Source: a virus
Direction: 5' to 3' (one strand)
Virus record (IMG/VR): IMGVR_UViG_3300005573_000004
Span: 64,001 to 128,000 of that record
Length of the DNA: 64,000 nt
Shown: positions 10,766-21,200 of the stretch, one piece after another
Numbering within the stretch: position 1 is the first letter of the stretch
How the letters are laid out: each line of letters opens with the position of its first letter
The notes under the pieces: model-generated
The model's database searches: none
What the model was told of the DNA's origin: nothing
The model's input: the letters and a program-made list of their open reading frames with translations, nothing else
Made by a program: the position numbers and the translations under genes

Positions 10766-12249
10766 GATCGGATGTATTTCCTTCTGGAACGTTTATAGCT
10801 AATTTAGCTATTGAATTAGCAAGAAGGATGATACGTAATGGCGAAAGGATTTCACATTTAATTGATGAGGTAAAAGAACGGTATAAAAATATAACCGACC
10901 AAGACATTTATGCTCTTTTATCTGAATTACAGAAATTAGGTTTTGATGTTACGCCTAATGAATGGTTGTATTTAACTCCAGTAGAATATCGTGCAGCTAT
11001 GTTAAAAAATCTTAATATTGTGAAAAATGCTAAAATCTATGGTAGTCGTTATGAGGATATTATAACTGCCATTAAAGAAACCAAAGAAGAACTTAAAGCT
11101 TGCAATGACTGGCTTGACGAAAATAATGATGCGCGTGTATTAAATCCGCAGACTTATTATAGTTATTATGAAATGAGAAACAATTTAGAGAAAAAATTAG
11201 AAGATTTACAGAAAGCTTTACAATTAAGCAAATCAGCAAAAGTATATGATAGGACTTATGCTGGTGGAGCAGTACCGCTTCGTCCGCTTAATTTAGTTAT
11301 AGATGATAAAGTTAGTTTTATATCATTTGATGATAAAAATCAACTCATTAAAAGTGCAGCTGAAGATTTACAAGACAAATCTTCTGTTGAAGAAGCGAAG
11401 CAACAGGAAAAAGTAGACATACCTCTAGTTAGAGCTTTTGAAAAACTAGGTGATATGGAAGCTCTTAAACCTTTTTGGTGGGATTTTAAGAAAAACTTTG
11501 GAGAGATTTATGATGATCCAGATAGAATAGCTGAAGCAATTGATGAATTATTGGAGTATATTGATCGTACCAAAGCAGAAAAAGATATGTCTCCAGAGGA
11601 AGTAAATGAAGCATATGAGGTTATAAATGATTTTATAGAACAGCAAGCCAAGAAAGGAATAAAATTAGAAACTAAAATTAACGAGTATTTAGATACTAGC
11701 ATGGACACATCTGATGAAGACGAAGATGAGGAACCTATAAATGCTCGCGAATCTGGGTTACCCGCAGAGGAATCTCCAATTAATATAGGAGAATCTATCG
11801 GTTCTGATATTGGCGGAAATGCTCCTAAATCAGAAGGGCAATTAGCAGTTACAACGTCTAATAAAAACCGTGTAGTTGTTGGAAACTATTTAGATAAAGA
11901 TGTTGCTAAATCTTTACAATATATTAATAAGATCAATGAAATTTTATCTAATGTCCGTGCAAGTACATCTATTCCAAAAACTGCACACGTAGATAAGGCT
12001 ATTGATAATTTACAGGGTTCTTTAAAAGATATAAAGAACTACATTGAAACAGAACTTCCATTTAATTCAGATGTAGAGCGAAAAGCTGCTCGTACTGTCT
12101 TGAGTAATATAATGAAGAAGTTATCTGTTTTAATAGATCTCTATACAGATGAAAAAGGATCAGACGAGCTTATGAAATATATAGCTTCTTCTGATTTTCT
12201 TAAAACTATAAAATCAGCAAAGATTTTATTAACTACTATAGGTGAATAA
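10735..12249 (+). CDS. Hypothetical multi-domain protein, probable head-associated
   Basis: SD AAGGAGG; several K-x-A motifs (KNAK, KSAK, KSAA, KTAH). Confidence 0.6.
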   Translation: MQDKIIKQGIGSDVFPSGTFIANLAIELARRMIRNGERISHLIDEVKERYKNITDQDIYALLSELQKLGFDVTPNEWLYLTPVEYRAAMLKNLNIVKNAKIYGSRYEDIITAIKETKEELKACNDWLDENNDARVLNPQTYYSYYEMRNNLEKKLEDLQKALQLSKSAKVYDRTYAGGAVPLRPLNLVIDDKVSFISFDDKNQLIKSAAEDLQDKSSVEEAKQQEKVDIPLVRAFEKLGDMEALKPFWWDFKKNFGEIYDDPDRIAEAIDELLEYIDRTKAEKDMSPEEVNEAYEVINDFIEQQAKKGIKLETKINEYLDTSMDTSDEDEDEEPINARESGLPAEESPINIGESIGSDIGGNAPKSEGQLAVTTSNKNRVVVGNYLDKDVAKSLQYINKINEILSNVRASTSIPKTAHVDKAIDNLQGSLKDIKNYIETELPFNSDVERKAARTVLSNIMKKLSVLIDLYTDEKGSDELMKYIASSDFLKTIKSAKILLTTIGE

Positions 12250-12250
12250 T

Positions 12251-12988
12251 ATGGCATTTCCTTATGATCTTTTAGTTCCTAAAATTAAAAAAGACGGTGG
12301 GAAATTTGTAACTGAAACTAAAGATATTGATCCGACTACTCATAAAATTATACTTAGTAATTATGCTCGTGGACGTGAGATTTTGTCAGATGGAAGAGTC
12401 CTTTCTTCCAGTATTAGAGTAACAAAAGGTGGTATAATTTACACTGAGATATTTGATACTCCAGTGCCAGATGGTCCATATTTCTATCACTATGAAGATA
12501 CCTCACTTAATGTTGATAGCAGTGTTTTATTATTTGGCCAACATGAATCTGGTACAGTAACTATTTCATATGAAACTCGTGGTGATTATATTTTAGCAGA
12601 ACGGCATAATCTAATTGAGAGTGATTTAGCTGCTATAGAAAAATTACTTTCATCTAATGGAGCAGGATTTAAAGGTATTTTAGTTGGGAGTATTCCAGAC
12701 AGTAGTTGGACTAATTATATTATTAATGCTGGTCCAAGTGTATATGGCAAAATAATTGATGTATCAGCATATACCAATAACGCTGCTACGGCAATTGTCC
12801 AGATAACATTAGGATTTAATAGTGATACTTCTACAAATTTGCCAACATCTCCAGTTTTTTCTATTACTGGGGCAAAGATAGACAGTGGTCGTTTTTTAAC
12901 TTCTAGCGAAATACTTATTGCTACATCTGAACAGCCGGGATCTACAACTGGAACAAAGTTTCTTAATTATACAATAATAATTCCGTGA
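12251..12988 (+). CDS. Putative virion structural protein (fibre/appendage-like)
   Basis: MAFPYD N-terminus and AERHNLIESDLAAIEK segment resemble the 23331 gene; beta-rich. Confidence 0.5.
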   Translation: MAFPYDLLVPKIKKDGGKFVTETKDIDPTTHKIILSNYARGREILSDGRVLSSSIRVTKGGIIYTEIFDTPVPDGPYFYHYEDTSLNVDSSVLLFGQHESGTVTISYETRGDYILAERHNLIESDLAAIEKLLSSNGAGFKGILVGSIPDSSWTNYIINAGPSVYGKIIDVSAYTNNAATAIVQITLGFNSDTSTNLPTSPVFSITGAKIDSGRFLTSSEILIATSEQPGSTTGTKFLNYTIIIP

Positions 12989-13141
12989 CCTGCCTTTGTA
13001 TAAAGGTAGAGGTCTCCTTAGCATAAGGAATAATTTCATAAAAATACCGAAATTTGTCGTCTATATATAGTAGAAGGCTAAAAATTTGATAAAGGTGTTT
13101 CTCCTGAAGGGAAATTTAGTTATTTAAGGAGGAAGATTAGA

Positions 13142-13744
13142 ATGAAGAAAGTGAATATACCGAGAGAAAAAAGATGGGTTCATCTGATTTGTTTAATTCT
13201 CGTACCTATACTTTCGATATTAGGTAGTCCTCAGATATCAAACGAAGCAGTATACAAAGTAAATACGATGCACGATTATATAGAACAATATTTGAAACTT
13301 TTTCCTAATTTAGAATATGCTGAAGTAGTAGCTGTTATTAATAAAGAAAGTGGAGGAAAAGCGGATTTGGTAACATATGAAAAGTCCGTAAAAGATTATA
13401 GTTATGGTCCAATGCAAGTTCGTGGTAAAACTTTGAGGGCTATGGGATTTCGTGGTGATTTTAGACAGATTCTTAATTATGAAAATGGAATTTATTGGGG
13501 AATGAAGTTTTTAAGTATATGTAAAGAAAATGTAACTAGAGAATATATGAAGACTCATAAAGTAAAAAATAAGCATGCTATTAGAAAACGCACTTTTGCA
13601 ACTTATAATGCTGGAGGAGTTTATTGGCGTACAGGATACGTAGGCGAAAAATATATTAATCATTCATATGTTCGTGCGTGTGAATGGCATTATTGGAAAT
13701 TGTATAAATATAATAAATTCTTTTCTCCTGCAAATAATATATAA
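13142..13744 (+). CDS. Lytic transglycosylase (SLT/GH23) with N-terminal hydrophobic anchor
   Basis: KESGG (catalytic Glu), SYGPMQV and YNAG motifs; N-terminal hydrophobic helix. Confidence 0.88.
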   Translation: MKKVNIPREKRWVHLICLILVPILSILGSPQISNEAVYKVNTMHDYIEQYLKLFPNLEYAEVVAVINKESGGKADLVTYEKSVKDYSYGPMQVRGKTLRAMGFRGDFRQILNYENGIYWGMKFLSICKENVTREYMKTHKVKNKHAIRKRTFATYNAGGVYWRTGYVGEKYINHSYVRACEWHYWKLYKYNKFFSPANNI

Positions 13745-13762
13745 ATATAAAAAGGAGAATTT

Positions 13763-14158
13763 ATGAAAAAATTATTTTTCATATTAGCTTTGATAGGTTT
13801 ATTTTTTGCACATATTGAAATTTTTGCGGAAAACACTCCTACTCCAACTGCTACTATGACTAGCACTCCAGGAGTATTTTATATTTATAACTCTTTAGAT
13901 TTGTTTATAAATGAATCAAGAACTATTAATAATTTGTCTGGATCATATACTTGGACTAATAATTGGGGGAATCAGATAGTTCCAGATGTAACTTTAGAAT
14001 CTGGACCTATAGATGCTTATGAAGCGATAGTAAAATTTGATACAAATAATATTATAGTTACTGTAGTAGATAAATATGGTATTCCAGTAAGTTGTACTTT
14101 TACGCCTGCTGTGGTTAATATACGTGCATATAGAAATAGATCAGGGTTTACTTGGTAA
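13763..14158 (+). CDS. Secreted protein: signal peptide, short T/P linker, shared C-terminal domain
   Basis: MKKLFFILALIGLFFA signal peptide; TPTPTATMTSTP; C-terminus aligns with the 15921 and 18288 proteins. Confidence 0.7.
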   Translation: MKKLFFILALIGLFFAHIEIFAENTPTPTATMTSTPGVFYIYNSLDLFINESRTINNLSGSYTWTNNWGNQIVPDVTLESGPIDAYEAIVKFDTNNIIVTVVDKYGIPVSCTFTPAVVNIRAYRNRSGFTW

Positions 14159-14181
14159 AAATATATTAGGAGGTTTATTTT

Positions 14182-15333
14182 ATGGATATTGATGGAAAAA
14201 GACCTACGTTTCCAGATGGAGTTAAATTAAAAACAAACGATTTACTTAGTTTGCAAACTCAGCTTACTAGTATGGTTCAGGCTTTATCAAATATGTTTTC
14301 TGACGGAGTTATATCAGGTTTAACTCTTGAACAGGAAGGAGAGTATATATCATACGACTATGAACATAATCGTTGGGATTATGGAAAAGGAAGCGTACGT
14401 ATTCACGGTGGTATGGCTAAAGCTGAAAATGGTGAATTATTAATTATTGAAGAAGGTCAAATTCCTGATATATCTAATGATTTATTCTGGGATCAAACTA
14501 ATATTGGATCAGGTAGAGATATTTGGATTTATAAAGATGATGTAGAAAGTATAAAAACTAGGCCTGATATTATAGGTACTTCTAAAAGTGTACTAGAAAA
14601 AAATATTTATAAAGTAGCATATGGTAATTCTCCAAGTAAACAACCTTATTTTAAACTTTGTACTGTTACTAAATTAACTCCTGGATATCCGGCGTCAATT
14701 CAAAATAGTGTTACAATTAATTATGCTCTTAAGAGCTTGACGCATTCTAATTCATTATTTACAAATAGTACAACATATACCGGACCAAAACTCAAAGGAT
14801 ATGAAGCTTTAGTAGATCGGAGTGTTCCTGGAACAGCGCTTATTACACCAGGGACTATTACGAACGTTGAAATTGCTGATAATGCTATAACTACAAATAA
14901 AATTTTGAATCTTAGTGTTACAAAAGAAAAAATTAATGGAAATTTTAAAAGTCAAATATTTTCATTCAACGTACCTAAAGGAGGTTCTGTTATATGTGCA
15001 AATTTTAGCGGTGGAGGGGTGATATTTTATCCGGGAACTAGATTAAATGTAACTGGTATAGTTACCACTATTTCTGAGGGTGTTGATAGAGGTTTTTGGG
15101 TAGCATGGGGTGGTTATATTGCTAGTAATGGAAATCTTATTCCGCATTATGGAAGTCCAGAAACTAATTCTGTAGATTTATATGGTTTTAGTACGGATAG
15201 TGGACAGATATCCAATAGTGGTTGGCAATTAGTGTATCTTCCCAAGGATAGACTCTTAACGGCTAAAAATAATACAGGTTACGATGGAAGATATTGTCAT
15301 TTAGAAGTTACTATTTTTGGATACTATCTATAG
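14182..15333 (+). CDS. Putative tail fibre/baseplate-associated structural protein
   Basis: RPTFPDGVKLKTNDL N-terminus, GVISGL, and ITNVEIADNAITTNKI fibre-type repeat. Confidence 0.6.
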   Translation: MDIDGKRPTFPDGVKLKTNDLLSLQTQLTSMVQALSNMFSDGVISGLTLEQEGEYISYDYEHNRWDYGKGSVRIHGGMAKAENGELLIIEEGQIPDISNDLFWDQTNIGSGRDIWIYKDDVESIKTRPDIIGTSKSVLEKNIYKVAYGNSPSKQPYFKLCTVTKLTPGYPASIQNSVTINYALKSLTHSNSLFTNSTTYTGPKLKGYEALVDRSVPGTALITPGTITNVEIADNAITTNKILNLSVTKEKINGNFKSQIFSFNVPKGGSVICANFSGGGVIFYPGTRLNVTGIVTTISEGVDRGFWVAWGGYIASNGNLIPHYGSPETNSVDLYGFSTDSGQISNSGWQLVYLPKDRLLTAKNNTGYDGRYCHLEVTIFGYYL

Positions 15334-15352
15334 AAATAAAAGGAGGCTATCA

Positions 15353-15556
15353 ATGACTACAAATTCAAACAAGAAGGAAACACCGAAGGAAAAAATAAAA
15401 GAATTAGAGGAAAAGCTAAAAAATATGCCTGTCTATGAATGCGAAATATATTCTAGAGTCGTTGGATATTTCAGGCCTATAAAGCAATGGAATAAAGGAA
15501 AACAGACCGAATGGACTGACAGAACCAAATTCACTCCTGAATTTTTGGAGAAATAA
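15353..15556 (+). CDS. Stand-alone NrdD-like C-terminal glycyl-radical domain (class III RNR fragment)
   Basis: CEIYSRVVGYFRPIKQWNKGKQTEWTDR matches the NrdD C-terminal signature; SD AGGAGG at 15341. Confidence 0.88.
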   Translation: MTTNSNKKETPKEKIKELEEKLKNMPVYECEIYSRVVGYFRPIKQWNKGKQTEWTDRTKFTPEFLEK

Positions 15557-15919
15557 ATGAAAAAGCTAATACTAATTTTTTTACTTATATATAGTTTGCT
15601 TTATGCTAATACTCTACCGAAACCATATTTATTTTATTTTAGAGTTCCTATTGGAGTGCACGTTGTTAGTCCAGAAAATTTAAATGTCAAAGCATTTACG
15701 ACTGGAACAAATGATGAAAATTTTAGCTATTATTGGATTTGTTTATATGGTGATACAACTGAAAATAATGAAATGGCATTTTTATATTGGATGAGAGCAT
15801 TATACGAAAATGCTCCTTCAGAATTAAAGCCTTATATGATTTTTGAAGAAATTGGTAGCAATACAGCTTCTGCACGATATGATGCTATAAGACACAATTT
15901 GATAGAATTAGGTTTCTAA
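15557..15919 (+). CDS. Small secreted hypothetical protein
   Basis: MKKLILIFLLIYSLLYA signal peptide. Confidence 0.65.
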   Translation: MKKLILIFLLIYSLLYANTLPKPYLFYFRVPIGVHVVSPENLNVKAFTTGTNDENFSYYWICLYGDTTENNEMAFLYWMRALYENAPSELKPYMIFEEIGSNTASARYDAIRHNLIELGF

Positions 15920-15920
15920 G

Positions 15921-18275
15921 ATGAATAAAATAATCAAATTCATAATTTCATTCCTCTTTATACCTATTATCGTTTTTGGAGCAGGAAATGAGTATTTTAA
16001 TTTAACGCATTTTAAAATTTCAAATCCTTCAAATCAAACAATGAATTTTATGTATAATTATTATAATTATGCAACCTACAACGTGAAATTAAGTGATTTT
16101 AAAGTAGTTGGATATTTTTTTAGAGACGGAAGCACTAATTGGATTTATGATAGTTCTAATACACAAGGTTCAATTTATTATTCAGATGGAAGTTGGTATA
16201 CAAATACTGGTTCTAATTTTACAATAACGTTTACAAATTTAACATATACAGTAGATTGTGGTTTGGTAAATGGTATACAAAGGAAAGCAGATGGAATGTT
16301 TGAAGCAAGATATAATGGAGCAGAAGATATTCCTGCAAATGGCGGTTATGTGCAATTAGGTTCAGGAAATTATTGGTTTAGAATAAGAAAAAGTGATTGG
16401 AGTGATATTAGTTCAAATAAAGCGAATTCTTATTCTTGCCAAGATAATGATACAGTATTAGGAACAACAGCACCAGGAATTAACTGGAAATGGCTTATTT
16501 TATATTACAGCGACGATGGTGGAACAACTTGGCATCAAGTATGCGAAAGGACCGATACTAATGGAACAGTAGATACAGAAAGCGGAGCATTACCTTGCAA
16601 TCAAAACGCTTGTGCTGCTCCTACTAATGCTTCTACTAATACTCCTACTATAACTCCTACCATAACTCAAACTATAACTCCTACTATAACTCAAACAATA
16701 ACTTCTACCATAACTCAAACTATAACTCCTACTATAACTCAAACAATAACTTCTACCATAACTCAAACTATAACTTCTACAATTACTCCTACAATAACTC
16801 AAACAATAACTTCTACTATAACTAAAACCATAACTTCTACTATAACTATAACTTCTACCATAACTCAAACTATAACTCCTACTATAACTCAAACAATAAC
16901 TTCTACTATAACTAAAACCATAACTTCTACTATAACTATAACTTCTACCATAACTCAAACTATAACTCCTACTATAACTCCTACCATAACTCAAACCATA
17001 ACTTCTACCATAACTCAAACTATAACTTCTACAATTACTCCTACAATAACTCAAACAATAACTTCTACTATAACTCCTACCATAACTCCTACCATAACTC
17101 AAATTATAACTCCTACGATTACTCCTACCATAACTTCTACAATAACTTCTACAATAACTTCTACAATAACTTCTACAATAACTTCTACTATAACTTCTAC
17201 AATTACTCCTACCATAACTCAAACAATAACACCTACTATAACTCCAACCACGGCTAACCAAGGAGATTTAAGAGTTTGGAGTGTTTCGCAAGAATCTAAT
17301 AAAATAAAATGGGCGTTTCAACTTAGAAATACCAATCCAGATCAAGTACCTATGCCTTTATCTAGTTATTTAGTTACATTTTATATTAATTCTACCAAAC
17401 CAGCTAGTTCTATAGATTTTTATTCTAATGTAGGAAGTTGTGGAATTTATGATCAGAATGGTACATTGATTACACTAATTGGTAGGTGGGATCTTTATGA
17501 TATTTCTGATATATCTCCTATAGATTGTGGTTATTCTTATGGAATTCAGAGACGTGCTACTATAAAAATAAGTATTAAATATAATGGAACAGAGACAATT
17601 CCATATGGTGGATATATGGCTCCGGTTTCTAATACTGCTGTAGTTGGATGGATACAGTATAAAGATAATTCGAATTTTGATCAATCCTATGATTACTCCA
17701 GTATGTTATCATTAAATTTAGGTTCTGATATAAATTCTGCTATTGATTATCAGTATGTAGACTTATCTATTTTAAATAATACAGAAACTAAATTGTGTGA
17801 AGGAAAACTTGGACCAAACGATACAAATGCTATTCAGGATATATATGGACATTGGATTGATGCATTTAGTGGAATTTGGCCTTGTGGAACTGTAATATGT
17901 AATATTGCAACTCCTACAATTACTTCTACTAGTACTATTACATTAACTCCTACTTTAACTGTGACTCCGACTATAACTCCAGGTGAAGTTATTTGGTCTT
18001 CTAATACTCATAAAATTATAAATACAGTAATTTCATCTTCTACTGGAACTGGTATAGTAACGTGGAGACAAGATTTTCCTTGGGAGGCAAAAAAATATAA
18101 TGTTCAGATTCAAGCCCGGCAAATGCCAAATAATGCAAAGATAACTTTTTATAAACTTGACAATTCTGTTATAATAAGTATAATTGATGATAACGGCAAT
18201 ACAGTAGATTGTTCTGGAACTAATGCTATCTTGGATGTATTTATTGACTATGATATTAAGCAATACAATTTTTAG
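15921..18275 (+). CDS. Secreted protein with two CBM3-like domains, a long Thr-rich linker and the shared C-terminal domain
   Basis: Signal peptide; LSDFKVVGYFF and RIRKSDWS...SYS; second copy FQLRNTN...LSSYLVTFY...SNFDQSYDYS; resemble CBM3 consensus. Confidence 0.72.
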   Translation: MNKIIKFIISFLFIPIIVFGAGNEYFNLTHFKISNPSNQTMNFMYNYYNYATYNVKLSDFKVVGYFFRDGSTNWIYDSSNTQGSIYYSDGSWYTNTGSNFTITFTNLTYTVDCGLVNGIQRKADGMFEARYNGAEDIPANGGYVQLGSGNYWFRIRKSDWSDISSNKANSYSCQDNDTVLGTTAPGINWKWLILYYSDDGGTTWHQVCERTDTNGTVDTESGALPCNQNACAAPTNASTNTPTITPTITQTITPTITQTITSTITQTITPTITQTITSTITQTITSTITPTITQTITSTITKTITSTITITSTITQTITPTITQTITSTITKTITSTITITSTITQTITPTITPTITQTITSTITQTITSTITPTITQTITSTITPTITPTITQIITPTITPTITSTITSTITSTITSTITSTITSTITPTITQTITPTITPTTANQGDLRVWSVSQESNKIKWAFQLRNTNPDQVPMPLSSYLVTFYINSTKPASSIDFYSNVGSCGIYDQNGTLITLIGRWDLYDISDISPIDCGYSYGIQRRATIKISIKYNGTETIPYGGYMAPVSNTAVVGWIQYKDNSNFDQSYDYSSMLSLNLGSDINSAIDYQYVDLSILNNTETKLCEGKLGPNDTNAIQDIYGHWIDAFSGIWPCGTVICNIATPTITSTSTITLTPTLTVTPTITPGEVIWSSNTHKIINTVISSSTGTGIVTWRQDFPWEAKKYNVQIQARQMPNNAKITFYKLDNSVIISIIDDNGNTVDCSGTNAILDVFIDYDIKQYNF
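16642..17250 (+). repeat. 12-bp-unit in-frame tandem array encoding T-I-T-[P/Q/S/K]
   Basis: ACHATAACTYCT/CAA units over about 600 bp. Confidence 0.95.
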
Positions 18276-18287
18276 CGAGGATTCCAT

Positions 18288-21200
18288 ATGAGAAAAATTT
18301 TAACTTTCTTTTTCTTATTGATAGCTTCTACAAGTTTTAGTTTAACTTGGGAAACTTATACAAATATGACCAATTCTGCTGGTCAAGGTGTTAGTACTAT
18401 GGCTAATGCCATAGTTTCTTATAATGGTTATGTTTACCTTTTAGGTACTGGAAACACTATGTCTGCTTCTTCAGATACAATATATAAATTTCCTTTGGAT
18501 TTATCATCTCCAGTTTCAGTGCTTGGAACGAAGTTGCCTTTAGGTGGAGGAAAATATCAATCTGCATTTATGTATGGTAATAGTATTTATTATTTTCCCG
18601 ATCGTAGTGATTATGTATCTGGATCTAGAAGTTTACAAGGAGTTTATAGAGCAAATATTATTAATAATGTTATAGGTAGTTTTTCCAAAATAGGAGATTT
18701 ACCATTTTATAAAGACCATCCGTATACAATGAGGACAATAATTCAGAATCCAGATGATAACAGTTACTATATTATCGGTGGTGCAGTTTTAGGAGAAAAT
18801 GATTGGAGTAATTGGTGTGGATTTGCCCAACAGACTAATTCATATTCATTTTTTTATTCATATGATCCATATACTGAGTATCGTTCTAATTCTTATGCTA
18901 TTGCTATGCGTACTCACGATAATAATGATAATGAGATTGAACCTTGTAGAGTAATTACTGGAGAAAATATATTTTCTGTTGCAGATGTAGTTAAAGTTTC
19001 TGATGGGTATATTATAGGTGGTTCTTTATATGATCCTATAATTGGTCTTACAGTTGGGTATAAATTTTTAAAAATTGATTTTAATGGAAACACGATATCT
19101 AGAACATCAGATGTTTTAACTAATGGTATATATCTTATGAATATAACTAAAGATTATAATGATAATGTATATTTATGTGGGTATACTGGTTCTTTAGGAT
19201 ATATAATAAAAGCAGATTCTAATCTTAATACAAAATTTGTAAAGAGTTATAATTTAGCTGATTCTTATACACAGCTTAATGATATTGAAGCTTATGGTAA
19301 TACTTTATATGCAGTTGGATATACAGTTTCTACTAATCCTAATTTGATATATCATAATATTTTAGTTAAATTAGACCTTAATGGTAATTGTATAACTTCA
19401 TTTTCAGATCAAAATATGACATATTCCGGGTCTGCTTATTATGGTATTACAGTTGTAGCTGATACAATTTATGCTGTAGGATCTGGTATTTCTGATACTA
19501 ATCAGAGTTATCCTATATTAGGAGCATATGATTTAAATTTGAACCGTAAATGGACAGTAAATATTTCAAATCCAGGAATTGCTTATTTTGGTATATATGA
19601 TAATGTTAATTTTTCATACCCTGTTATAGCTATTATTCCGGTTTATTCTAGTACCTACGGTATTTATAGAGTTCGAGCAGATACAGGGTCTTATATTGAT
19701 AGTGCTAGTTATACTATGATTTATGAACCTTATCTTAATCATCACTCTATGTTTAAAAATGGAAAATATTATTTAGGTACTAATACACAGATTATAATGA
19801 TTGATAGTAATTTAAATACACAAATTGTATCTGCTATTGCTTATGGGTCTGATATATCTCCAGCTACATCTAATATAACTTATGTTAAAGTAAGTGGAAG
19901 TACTATTGTTGATTCGTGGACCAATACTGTTCCATTCCTTAGTTATGGAGGTAGTGGTTCGGTTTATAATGGATATTTACATTATTATGGTGGATTATCA
20001 AAATCTGCAATTGATGTTACAAATATACATTATTATGCTCCAATAGGAGTTAGTGGCACTCTTGGTACTTGGGGTTCAGAATATTGGCCGGGTCCTCCAA
20101 TGGCTTATGGAAATGCTGTAAATTTAAATGATAAAGTTTATTTTTCTGGTAATCCCTATCCCTATCCATATCCATATACTATGATTGGTACTTATGGTAT
20201 TGGTGGATCTATGTTAACTTGGACCTATGATGCTCACGCGCCAAAACCAACATGGGGAGAACGATTGCTTGCTGCATTAGGAAAATTATTTAGAATAGGT
20301 GGAACTACAGATTCTGATACATATTATCCAATTAACGATGTTTTTATTGCAGATAATTTTACTCCAACTATAACTCCAACTATTACACCAACTTGGACTC
20401 CAAATTTAACACCAGTTACTTTTAATGATTGGGTACAAGTTCCTACACCATCTTCGGATATACCAGGCAGATCTGGTCATGCATTAATTGATGGAAGTGA
20501 AATTGGATCACCAGGATGGATGTTTGTTGCATTAGGATATAATTATGATATTTTTCTTAAAGATATACGGAAGTCTCCAAATGGTTCTGATTGGGAATTT
20601 GTATGTTCATCTAATACTCTTAGTTATAAATATTCTTTTGGTTATACAACTTTTAATAATAAACTATGGATGATTGGCGGAGTTGATAGTTCTGGTCTTA
20701 CAAATTCTGTATATTCTTCAACTGGATCTAATATTAAATGGGAATCACGTTTACCATTAGGCGTAGCTGCTCCAGGCGTTGTAGTTTTTAATAACTATAT
20801 ATATGTAATTGGTGGTGGAGATGCTGGTACGGGAGCTGGACAAGCATCAGTTTTTCGTTCTTCAAATGGAATAGATTGGGAAACGGTTACATTAAATGCA
20901 GAATTTGGACAGAATGCATATGCACCTGCGGCGTGTGTTTATAATAATAAAATATGGTTAATTGGCGGAAATTATGCATATGGATCTGGGACACAAAACG
21001 TATATTATTCATCAGATGGAGTTTCCTGGACATTGGCTACAAGTTCTGCAGCCTTCGGAAAGAGAGAGCATGCAAAAGCTTTAGTATTTCAAAATAAAAT
21101 GTGGTTAATTGGTGGAGAGAGTAGTAATACTTATTATAATGATACTTGGTATTCAACTGATGGAATAAATTGGACACAATATATTACAGATCATACTTAT

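Noticed and set aside
13740-13747. T4-type late promoter TATAAATA
   Set aside because: It also occurs inside coding regions of this AT-rich sequence and is not consistently placed before structural genes.
3724-17250. CRISPR array suggested by the tandem repeats
   Set aside because: The repeats are contiguous, in-frame and coding, with no unique spacers.
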